Of a DNA stretch of 50,505 nucleotides, positions 1-10,252 are shown piece after piece. The position numbers and the translations under genes were made by a program. The DNA is taken from positions 1 through 50,505 of the forward strand of contig UYFQ01000529.1 of assembly GCA_900617105.1 (NCBI GenBank). The letters are read 5' to 3'. Source of the DNA: Hydrurus foetidus (Eukaryota). Below the pieces are notes generated by a model, which was not told the origin of the DNA, searched no databases, and was given only the letters and a program-made list of their open reading frames with translations. Each line of letters begins with the position of its first letter. Positions within the stretch are counted from its first letter, which is position 1.

Positions 1-31
1 AAAATCCTATTCAGCGAAAATACATCCAAAT

Positions 32-1248
32 GTGATTAACAATAACAAAATTGTTAATAAATCTGGATCGACTAATATCAAATCAACAAAACAGAATATA
101 CCGTTTGATCCAACACCAATTAGAGATACAAATAACAAATCCGACATCGATGATAATGACATTGGTATTAATACACCGATTCAAAACATTGAAAATGACG
201 ATGCTGTCTACTGGTACTCTACTCATGTTAGAAATCACGAACATTTTCTCTCATTGATTGAAGCAAGTCATCACGAAAAACTCTTCATCAATTTCGATCA
301 ACTCAATGTGCCAAAATCATTCTGGAAAGCTATGGCTATACCTGAATGGAAAAACGCAATAGATACTGAATTAAAGAAATTCGAGAAGAACTCATGTTTA
401 CATGTAGTACCATACATTGACCAACACCTGGTACCAATGATGTGGCTTTTAGTATAAAAACCGACGGTACGAAAAAGGCCCGTTTAGTGGGACGGGGAGA
501 TATGATGATACCACTCGTGGACTTCGACCCCGACGCCGTATACTGCGGAAATGTATCATCGTGTTCCATCAAGATGGCACTAAGCATTGCAGCAGCATAT
601 GGACTAGTAATGAAAGGAGGTGACCTCATTGGTGCTTACCTCATTACAAGAGCAAATGTTAACTTCCCGGTGCACATAAAGACACCGCAGGGATACACTT
701 GCCCACCCGGTTTCTGCTTTCAGGCTGTCGGCAATCTTTATGGATTCCCACCTGCAGGGCAAAACTTTTCCATTGAGTTCGATATTTGTATCTTCGAGTG
801 TGGTTACAAAACACACCCTGGGACCTCAAGTTCTTCTTTAAATGGACCACAGATGGTAGACCCATGCTTATCATCGCTCACAGTGATGACTTCAGATGTT
901 TTGGTCCCTCGGACAAACTTGATGAATGGGATCTGATCATCGCCACCTTCAATGCACACAAGTATGTAGTCACTGATGCAACTGACAGGGAGTTCGTTGG
1001 TATTCGTATTCAGCGTGATGAAGATGGCACATATTATATGGATCAACATCGCATGATTGATTCAATAATAAAAGAGGCTAATATATCTGGTGCGAAGGAC
1101 ATGCACTTACCATACCCGACTGGGGACCAAGAACCTGCATTGTCGAAACTAGACAACGCTTCTACCCCTGAGGAACGTATGCAGTGTATGAAATACCCGT
1201 ACAGGAGGGTCGTGGGTCAACTAATGTACAGTATGGTACATACCATAA
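32..1248 (+). pseudogene. Copia reverse transcriptase, frameshifted (~450 and ~810) and truncated by an insertion
   Basis: ORFs 32-457, 442-936 and 786-1328 join into one RT. Both shifts lie at short homopolymers (TTTT, AAAA). RT similarity stops at MVHT (~1245). Confidence 0.85.
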
Positions 1249-1881
1249 TGGTCGGAATTCTGGCTGCAAAAATGTTTACTATGGGTTTCCCCCTCCCACT
1301 CCAGGATCCAAATTCCTTAATGGATTAGAGGCGAATTATAGAAGTGATGCGACGTCTGTCCAGGACAGATGGACTGGAATCGAGACATGATTCGCTACTC
1401 GGAACTCCCGTTTCTAGCGTGCAGGTGTCGGCGACAATCTCGACGACGGCGTCCTTGATAGCGCTTCCTGGGAAACCGACTGGGGAGCCGTCGAAACGGC
1501 AGATGCCCTGGAAAGTCTTCGTCGGTTGCTGGAAACCATACTGGTGATAGGTGCCAGATGGTCGTCGGATGTCGGATGGTTCCAAAATCCATCCTCTCTC
1601 CAGAAACAAGAGTTTGTCTATACAACTCTCAATATTAATATTGAGTCGCAACCGGATTCGAGTACGAAGAATCCGGGTAAAGACGGTATGCTAGTAAACT
1701 GTTAGGTTAGTTACAGTTTGTGAAAGAAGATAGCAAACAGCTAACGACAGACACAAACGATAGGCTACAAGGGTGTTGATGCTGATGAGCGTCCGTTGCC
1801 GGTGGACAGTTGATGTGGATAAAATAAACTATGGTTACATGAATTATATATACGTGAATTATATAAATTGTACAAGCTTGT
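1249..1881. mobile_element. ~630 bp foreign insert replacing the RT-RNase H junction; possible solo LTR or LTR+leader of another element
   Basis: Bounded by TG (1249) and CA (1881). No RT/RNase H similarity inside. The usual copia linker between MVHT and the RNase H DAD motif is missing. No TSD (CATAA vs TGCTG). Confidence 0.5.
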
Positions 1882-2378
1882 ACAGTGAACATGCTGATAC
1901 TAAACTTCAATGCGATGCAGATTTGGGTGGTAATCCCGACAATAGCCACTCCCAGACTGCATACCTTGGATACCTCGGCCGTAACCTTATCTGCTGGTGT
2001 TCCACCGACCAAGGCAGCATATCAACATCAACGGCAGAGTCGGAAATCAAGGCTGTCAACCACACACTCAAAGCAGAGGTCATAGCCAACAGAGGCATCC
2101 TAAACATGATGGGATGGGTCCAAGGTCCAACCTCTATTGAAGAAGACAACCAAGCCTGTATATACCATTCTAAGGCAGCACACATGACACGCAACCTAAG
2201 GCACCTCGACCTTACCGAAAACTGGGTCAAAGAGAAGGTTGCTGATGGTACTTGCGTAGTTGTTAAAGTTAAATCGTGCGATAATAATTCAGATATTGGT
2301 ACAAAAAGAGTTACTCTACCAATATTTAATAAACTTCTAAATCAAATTATAGATCAGTCTCAGAGACGAAATCTTTAA
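1882..2378 (+). pseudogene. Copia RNase H domain of element A
   Basis: C-terminal part of ORF 1773-2378: LQCDADLGG, STAESEIKA, IEEDNQA, RHLDLTENWVKEKV, NNSDIGTK. Confidence 0.88.
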
Positions 2379-2957
2379 ATAGCACTATATTAATTATGTT
2401 TTAATATTGTATTTGTCTTGATCACACATATACTATGTTAATTCTAATATTATAAAGGTAGCTCATAAGTAAACATGCATTATTTTACACTACATCTTCA
2501 CTACGGGGAGTGTCAGACCACTTGATTCTATCAAGATATGTCTGTAGTATAAAAAAGTTGCAAATATAGTTTCAAATATATACATGTACGTTCTGCGACA
2601 CGTACGTACGTACCTACACATGCAGATATGATAACATACATACGTACACACATGAATCTATATATGTACGCGCTAGGGCTCGAGAGGATCGAATCCGCGA
2701 GTAGCGACAGGTAGATTCGGGGCAACTGACTACTATACCAGTGACCAATTGGTTCTGTCATATCGAAGTAAGTTTGACAATACACTATTGCAAAATGCAG
2801 CATACTGTATTGCAACACATTTAAAGATTGCACTATTTTGTATACATTGTGATGTGCCACCAACGAATATTGCCCTGTGAACATATTGGTCGGACAACCG
2901 GCCGATGGCATAAAGTAGAAGCCGGCCAGGCCATCGGCTAGAAGCTCTCAAGATCTA

Positions 2958-3062
2958 GAAATATCTCGCTGTACCCGGTTACCGCGCGATGGTCCCTGGA
3001 ATGAGCGAGATTCCAGGATTGAAAATTTTTCGAGAAAAACCGAAATATCTCGCTGTACCCGG
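2958..3062 (+). repeat. 21-bp direct repeat GAAATATCTCGCTGTACCCGG (2958-2978, 3042-3062)
   Basis: Two exact copies 84 bp apart. Confidence 0.8.
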
Positions 3063-3357
3063 GTACTGCGAAAGAGCTTCACATGTACGTCATGCTACAC
3101 GTACGTACAATAAAATACATCTGAATATGTACTTTAATGCGCACGTACACGCGTGCTTACACATGTTGGTGCATACTCGTTATGCATGCGAAACACGCAA
3201 TCTGCTTGCGTATTTTGACATGGTCAATCAATATTACGTACGTAATATTTTGCATCACTTACACATGTATTCACATATATAATATGTACGTATGTACGAT
3301 CGCCAATAGCGTAGTACATAGATGTATATGCGTACATACGTAAGTACCACTTTACTT

Positions 3358-3497
3358 ACGCATGTACGTTCTTTTTCATACACATGCATACGTACCTCTA
3401 TAATATCGCCATATAGTAGTTAGTACTCACGCATGTACGTTCATATACATATACACGCATACGTACCCCTGTACTATCGCCATGTATCAGTTAGTAC
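3358..3497 (+). repeat. Degenerate ~71-bp tandem duplication in a TACGTAC/CATG-rich tract
   Basis: ACGCATGTACGTTC...CATACGTACC...TATCGCCAT...AGTTAGTAC occurs from 3358 and again from 3429. Confidence 0.7.
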
Positions 3498-4557
3498 GAA
3501 CCCTCTGACCTCACGCAAATGAACGTTCGCCTTTCATGATTCTTCAGTATCGCCAAAACACTTCGTTACTATAAGCATTCATGCAACGTTCCTCAAGCAC
3601 ATGCTATGAACAACACATCTCGCTGTGAACTTTGTCTCAAGGTAGTTTCACTGTCATGAACTGTTCTGATAGCTCTTTTGCGTGGCTATCTGTAAACTCT
3701 AATCAGAATTTAATACGTTGTGCTTCACAGCTTCGTCTACTCGATAGCTCACTGAATTGAGACAGTAGCCTGCAGCTGCTTCTCCACCTTCGCTGCGAAC
3801 GCTAGAAGGTGACATCTTGTATTTAGTCTTACAACAGTGAAGCGCAGCATAGCGTGGCGCAGTGGCTGCCCAGCACAAGCCTTTAACAAGTGCTAGTGCG
3901 TGACAAACGTTGGAGTAGCCGCTTGGGTTCGAGCTAGCCGCTTGAATCGGACAGAGCGCGACCTCAGGATAGAAGATTTGACTTCCGTACAGAGTGGGCG
4001 CCACCGAGGACAACTGCAGGGCAGAGGGTGTTTCGCGGCGGGGTATCATGACTTAATGACCTGAGCATGATAGCGAGAAGTCACATGTGCAGCGGAGACC
4101 ACTGTACAAGACAACCAGCAGCGCCCTAGGTTGTGGTGGGTGAAGGGCTTATCTGGGTCCACGGTCCATCCTATTCCAGCGCAGCCGACTGAGTCAGCGG
4201 CTACGCGGATAGGGTGGGTGGACAATAGTAGGCGCGCGAGTGACGCCACTTGTAGGGCAATTCACAAGAATTAATTAGTAGCCCATTATCACGAGTACCT
4301 ATCCGGTTTAAGGGTTCTTTAAAGGCTAACCCCTTAACCGGGAGGTACGGTATCTTATGGCCGGATAGCGGCGAGAATACAGAGGAATAGAACTTGCTTG
4401 CGACTTGCTGGATTTGACCCCTTGGGGCCTAGATCTTGGATCCTTGAAGTGAAGCGGATTCGGAAGTCGTTGTGGAAGGATTCTTGATTCTGGATTCTTG
4501 ATTCGATGATTTTCGATTCCCTCGCCCAGCCGCCCAGCCAGGAAATGATGATATGTG

Positions 4558-4859
4558 TGTTGACGAATCCGAGGTCTGGTGGCCGGCGGAAGTACAGTGA
4601 GCACAGCGGCGTGAGTTCGAGATTGTCAAGGCTCGCGATATAAGATCTATCGTATCAGTTGTCACTTGTTAATTAGACTGTGCCTCCTCCGCCGAGAAGC
4701 AACGGGTTCATCCAAAACACACGATAATGGTCGAATCTACTGTTGCACTTGTAGCGTGTGCATATCCAAACGACTTATCCGTATGTACTAAACCGTACGC
4801 TCGTACGTAACCATAAGTACACTCATTGTGTACGTGTCATATACTCAGATATATCAACA
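4558..4859 (-). repeat. 3' LTR of element B
   Basis: Same sequence as 9743-10044. TG...CA termini with 6-bp inverted ends. Confidence 0.97.
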
Positions 4860-4868
4860 CACCCCTAT
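4860..4868 (-). promoter_or_regulatory. Short polypurine tract of element B (minus strand ATAGGGGTG)
   Basis: Directly precedes the 3' LTR on the minus strand. Confidence 0.7.
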
Positions 4869-4926
4869 GGCACTTACACACATCTCACACATGGAGTTTA
4901 GTATGTATGTAGCTTCATGTCGATGT

Positions 4927-7900
4927 CTAAACTATTATCACATCGCTCCAACCCGTGATCCCTTTCCTCTCCTCTTGGAATTGCAGCCCTTGCAGTGGCT
5001 TGGTCAGTAGATTCGCATACATTTTCTTTGTCCCTAGATGTCGCACGCGTGCTTCCCCTGTGTCTACACGCTCCTTCACCCAGAAGTATCTGATAGCGAT
5101 GTGTCTGGTGCGTTCCGCTGCTGATCGCCCTCGATCTATCAGCGCCATGCAGGACATGTTGTCCTGGTATATGGTGACCGGCCCGCATGGGTGTCCCTGT
5201 GCCAGCACGAAGTTCCTGATGTGTAGGGCTTGATTGGCAGAATCCGAAAGCGCTACCAACTCTGCCTCAGTGCTTGACTTCGTTACGATCTGCTGCTTGG
5301 ACGACTTGCAGTGCACCGCTCCACCTCGTCTCAATGACTACGCAACTGCCCGTGTGTGATTTCCCATCGGGGTGCACCCCGTATGCCGCATCAATTAGCA
5401 CACTCACTTCAATTCCAGACTCTCCAGGCGAGAACACAATTCCCCTCTCCTTGGTCCCACACACATATCGCATTAGTCTCTGCAGTTTGGTGAGGTCATC
5501 TGTGGTGCATCGGTTCACTCTCGTCGCCAGGAACGACACTGCGGTAAGGCAGTCTGGTCTCGCTCTCTTTGCTAAGTACAGCATCTTCGCTACGCATCTG
5601 TGAAATGTCACTCTCTGCTCCTCGGTAGCGGTGACGATGTTTGGTCGCACATCGAATAACCCTTCCGTGGCTGGCGTGCTAGCTCTTCCCGTGATGCCAC
5701 ACTCTCTCAGCATCTCGTCCACGAACCCTGTCATCGTCACTTTGGCTTCGCCCGATGTCCTCAGATCGAACACCATCCCCAAGTAGTTCACCACGGGCCC
5801 GTTCTTCCTGGTGATTTCTCCATATCTCCTCTTCAGACCGGCCGCCAACTCTTCTATCATTGGCCGACACGCACTGGTGATCAGTAGATCATCAACGTGA
5901 ATGGCCGCAGTGCACTGCACACCATGTTCATTATGTCTGTTGAAGACGCAAATGTCATATATGTTAGGTGAATATCCCAGATCAGAGAAGCTTGCTCTCA
6001 AGTTCTCATACCAAAGCGCAGCTGACTCTACGCATCCATACAGCGCTTTGTCTAACTTCACCACTACACAACCCTTAGCATCAGTGTACCTTTCATATCC
6101 TGGCGCCAACTTTGTCATCATTCGTGACATATTTCTGTCTAGGCGCATATGCACTGGCAGACCAGTATCCATATTCGCGTTTAAGAACGCACCCCCAATG
6201 TCAACGACTGATATGCTCCTGCCCTCTAGTGCCGCAATGCTGAGCATTGTAAACACCGAGCTTGTCCCGACTGTCGGTGCTGACAGGTCATCATACAGTG
6301 ACTTGTCCTGCTGATCACCGCCCGCTACGAGTCGAGCTTTAAGTTTCTCGAATTCCCCGCTCGCCAGGAATTTCTCTTTGAGAAACATGCTGGACCGAAT
6401 AATTCGTCCCCTCTCTTCGTATGTGAGCGACTTCACATCCACAGGTGTCCAGACTTTCTTGGTCAGCATCTGTCCGAGTTCCTTTTCAATGACGCTTTCA
6501 GCGTCCTTTCCACGAGTGCGTAATGCTTCGTTAACTGAAATGTTGAAAACATGGTCAGTCCAATCCACTCCTGTTTCTTCATAGACCCTCGTCAGCAACG
6601 CGCCGCCGTTCACTCCCTTGCGGAAAAACTGCATGATGTTCTCACGCCTTGGTTTTATCGAGTTGTCATGCTGCTCATTCTCAGTTTCACTCATTACAAC
6701 TGCCGCTCCACTGCTGTACGGTTCATACGTGTCGTCGCCGCTCACCGCCGCACTTGTTGCCGTACCGTATAGTTCACCCGTTCCGCCGAGGCCCTCATCG
6801 TCGTATCTCCCTGATCCAAGTCCTCCAAAGCTCCGTATCAAGTCGTCCATATCTACAGCCTTCGGCTTTCCTTGTGGGATGAATACGGGGATAGCGTCAT
6901 CCGCATAGTCAGTGTCATTGACGTGTATCTCAACGTCGCTCACACCCTCATTCCCTTCGTGTTCATTATATGGCACGCCACTGGCCGCTGTGTCGGGGTC
7001 GTCGTCATCACTTCTGAGAATCACTGATGGGTCAATCCCGTTGTGTGTCACAGTCTCGATAATATCTGGTAGACTGTCGCCCACATTGCTCTGCATGTCG
7101 TATGTCGTTGGCGCTCGGGCTAGCTCACCCTTTCCTTTTACTCTTCCATCTTTCAGTGCGAGATCATTCATCCTCTTGATGACAGATAGCGGCATTGGTA
7201 GTATTTTGAACTGATCCCGATTGACTAGCCGTCCTGTGGTGAGCGACATCATGCGTACGGTTCCTGTACGGTTCCCCAACGGTAACATCACTACGCAGTC
7301 TTCAGTCCTGCCCTTCAAGGTACTGTCTGTAGTGGGTACGGTGCATTGCGCATAATCGCCGAAAGAGCATCTGAAATCTCTCTTCCCATCTGCTTTACGA
7401 CCTATGAAGGCCTCTCTTGGGCTAGGGCCCCATTCCCGTACTCCGGCCGGTTCGTAGTTGAGTCTCGACACACAGTACAGTATGCACATAGCTATTCCCA
7501 TGCTAGAGAGGGCGAATGGCAAGTGGTATGCAACGTGGGATCGTAACCTTTCTTTAATTACCCTAATTCTTCGTTCAACTCTAGCTACATGTCCCCCCGC
7601 GCCACTAATGTCGACCTCGATCCCAAGCGCTTCTAGTTCTGGAATGATACTCGTCACTCCACGCTCGCCGTCACTCATGATCACCGCTGTCTTGAAGTTC
7701 TGCGATGCGAGCATCGTGATGAAGTGATCAATTCCTTTCTTGATGTTGACTGCTGCTCTGGCTGCTTTAGTCATGTCCAGATTGTTCAGGCTGTACGCGA
7801 TGGTCAGTCCTAGCGGAGTAGCTAAGCCGATTAGCGTAGCAATTTTATCGATAAACATAATATCAATTGCTAGCACCTGATCTTGTTGAACGATCTTCTT

Positions 7901-9718
7901 GTTCACTGTTATATCTGCCACGGCTGTTGCTTTCTTCGTCGTCTTTCCTTTGAGCGAAGCGATGTCTACTCCCCAGATCGCATCGGCTATCTGAAAGTCT
8001 CTGGCTGTCACCTCGAAATTACTGCCTGAGTTTAGTATCCCGATCGCCTGTGCCACCGTGGGAAATCCCATGCGCGCCAATAGCTCGCGTGCCTTTCGTG
8101 CCTGCTCGATCTCACGCTTTGTGAAAGCTTTGGCATTGTTCTCCACTGTCGCTACCATTGCCGCTTCCCCGATCACTTCGCGCCAGTCGCAGCTGTAAAA
8201 GCGTCCCTCGCTGCCAGCTATGTCTTTTCGCCCAAATCGATATATGTTGGAGCTGTTCCTTGGTTGTAGTGTGAACACATCATCGTTGTGGTCATATCGA
8301 ATTGAGGCACCGGAATCCACTTGGGATGCGAAGGACAAAATGTTTGCCGACGCAGCTTCGCTGTAGTATACACGTCCCAACTCCCCGAAATCGCCCTCCT
8401 GGTCGACGGCAACTCCACCGCCAAGCTGAATTCCTCCAACGTTAATTGCCTTGTCCGATTTTCTCAACCCCGTAAGCAGGTCTCCATTACTGAAAATATT
8501 GAGCGAGGCTTCGTTATCCAACAATACGTCGTGCCGGGAGAAAAGGCATGCTTCTACCGTAGTGACTAGTGCCACATCATAATCATCTGAGTCTGCATCT
8601 TCGGTTGTAGTAACGTGTACTTTCTCCGATGACGATTTTCGCTCGCTGCAATTCCTAGCATAGTGCCCGTTGAGTCCGCATACATGACATGTGATGTCAG
8701 CTAGTACGCTCTTCTTCCTAGCACCCCCGGTCTTACCCGGTTCCTTCTCGGAGTCCTTGGTCGTCACTAGAGCCCCGTCTGTAACGAATGCCGCGGGGCT
8801 CACGGCCGCACCGGCGTATTGGGTGTGCTCACTGCCCGTCCACTGAGACGCGATTCGATAGGCAGCCGCCAACGTCTTGGGGTATGCGTCCGTGACGCAT
8901 CGAAGCGCATCGTTCTTCATGTCGTCATGCATCTTCTTGTATCTCTTTGGGTCCAGCTTCATGATGAAGTCCAATGCTCTTCGCGACTCTGTTATCTCTG
9001 CCACCCCTACTCCCGCGTTTGCCGACACTTGTTCATCAAATCGGACTTTGAATGTGGATATATACTCTCGCTCTCCCTGTCTCAGTGAGTTGTACTTGTT
9101 CTCCTGTTCGTGCATGTTCACGTCGTTCATGGGGTCTGAGTCCCCGAAGATGTGCGTCAGATGTGTCTTTCTTATGAGTGACCACAGGAGGATGCAATCC
9201 AGGGTCAAGTACGCTAACTGATATTCCTCCTCCTCTCTCACCCTGCTCTGTGAGGCTGGAGACATACGTTTCCACATCATTGGATATACCGTACGTTCGT
9301 TCTCTTTTTGTGTCTTGAGGTCTTTTTTTCTCTGAATGTAATCGTCTTCACGGAATTTCGCTCTTGCCCTCTCGGCAATTTTCCGTCTACGTTCATTTCT
9401 CGCAGCTCTCGCGGTAACTCGCGCCGCTTTCTCGGCAGCGAGTGTGGCAATCTCTTCCGGTGATAAGGCGGGTGCGTCAGGATCCACCTCTTCGTCCTCG
9501 GAATCGGGGCTTTCGCTTTCCGACGAGTAATCCGCATACGATACTCTCGGAAGTTGGTATCTTTTGTTCGTTGTAAAGAACATCCCGACGATACCGTATA
9601 GCTCGGTTACCATCGTCTGCATGTGCTCCTTCCACTTGATTACGTTGTTGTGCTTCCCATAAAGTAGCATGCATTCTTCTGCACTTTTCACTGCTTCTGG
9701 AACACGTTTTGGAGGCAT
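4927..9718 (-). CDS. Gag-Pol polyprotein of element B, one frameshift inside RNase H (~5320-5335)
   Basis: ORF 5267-9718: CCHC knuckle CHVCGLNGHYARNC, protease LLDNEAS, integrase IDIMF/SDGE/VERRIR, RT KARLVAGG/LYG/HVDDLL, RNase H start IDAAYG. Rest of RNase H (KSSTEAEL, YQDN, RTRHI, ANLLTKPL) is in ORF 4927-5334. Confidence 0.95.
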
Positions 9719-9730
9719 CTTAATGCCGAG

Positions 9731-9742
9731 ACAGTCTAATTA
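9731..9742 (-). promoter_or_regulatory. Non-tRNA primer-binding site of element B (TAATTAGACTGT), complementary to its own LTR
   Basis: Abuts the 5' LTR end and has no TGG. Exact reverse complement of ACAGTCTAATTA at 9866-9855 (minus strand). Confidence 0.8.
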
Positions 9743-10044
9743 TGTTGACGAATCCGAGGTCTGGTGGCCGGCGGAAGTACAGTGAGCACAGCGGCGTGAG
9801 TTCGAGATTGTCAAGGCTCGCGATATAAGATCTATCGTATCAGTTGTCACTTGTTAATTAGACTGTGCCTCCTCCGCCGAGAAGCAACGGGTTCATCCAA
9901 AACACACGATAATGGTCGAATCTACTGTTGCACTTGTAGCGTGTGCATATCCAAACGACTTATCCGTATGTACTAAACCGTACGCTCGTACGTAACCATA
10001 AGTACACTCATTGTGTACGTGTCATATACTCAGATATATCAACA
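9743..10044 (-). repeat. 5' LTR of element B
   Basis: Same sequence as 4558-4859. Gag ATG follows after only 24 nt. Confidence 0.97.
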
Positions 10045-10252
10045 ATGTGACCATTACGTATGCCTAAAATCTAAAATTGCTAGGAATAGAATAGTTCCGT
10101 CAGAAGAAGCTGCCTTCTGAGGACACTCGTTACGAATTTGTTCCAAGAGACTTCTGCAGCACTTCTCATAGAGTTGCTGACTTGCTCGTTCCCTCTAGCC
10201 AACCGAGACATTCCACACTAGACCGAAGTGAGCAACATCTCTGACAATACCG

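Larger units (their letters stand above)
1..2520 (+). mobile_element. Ty1/copia LTR retrotransposon A, 3' part (RT, RNase H, PPT, start of 3' LTR); disrupted, 5' part outside window
   Basis: Copia RT motifs across three frames: W..A...E (WKNAIDTELKKF), KKARLVGRGD, LYGFPPAG, IAHSDDF, PYRRVVGQLMY. RNase H motifs CDAD, STAESE, EEDNQA, RHLDL, SDIGTK. Purine tract GGGGAG (2505-2510) abuts TG (2511). Confidence 0.9.
4558..10044 (-). mobile_element. Full-length Ty1/copia LTR retrotransposon B (CoDi-like), recent insertion
   Basis: Two 302-bp LTRs (TGTTGA...TCAACA), identical by inspection. 5-bp TSD ATGTG (4553-4557, 10045-10049). Single gag-pol in PR-IN-RT-RH order. Confidence 0.98.

Noticed and set aside
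440..820. Programmed frameshifting in the RT of element A
   Set aside because: Shifts fall inside RT at short homopolymers, and the element is also broken by an insertion. Decay or sequencing indels are simpler explanations.
3699..4665. Short minus-strand ORFs as a host gene or LINE ORF1
   Set aside because: No domain motifs; some run into the LTR of B.
4955..9221. Many plus-strand ORFs within element B
   Set aside because: Antisense shadows of gag-pol with no independent motifs.
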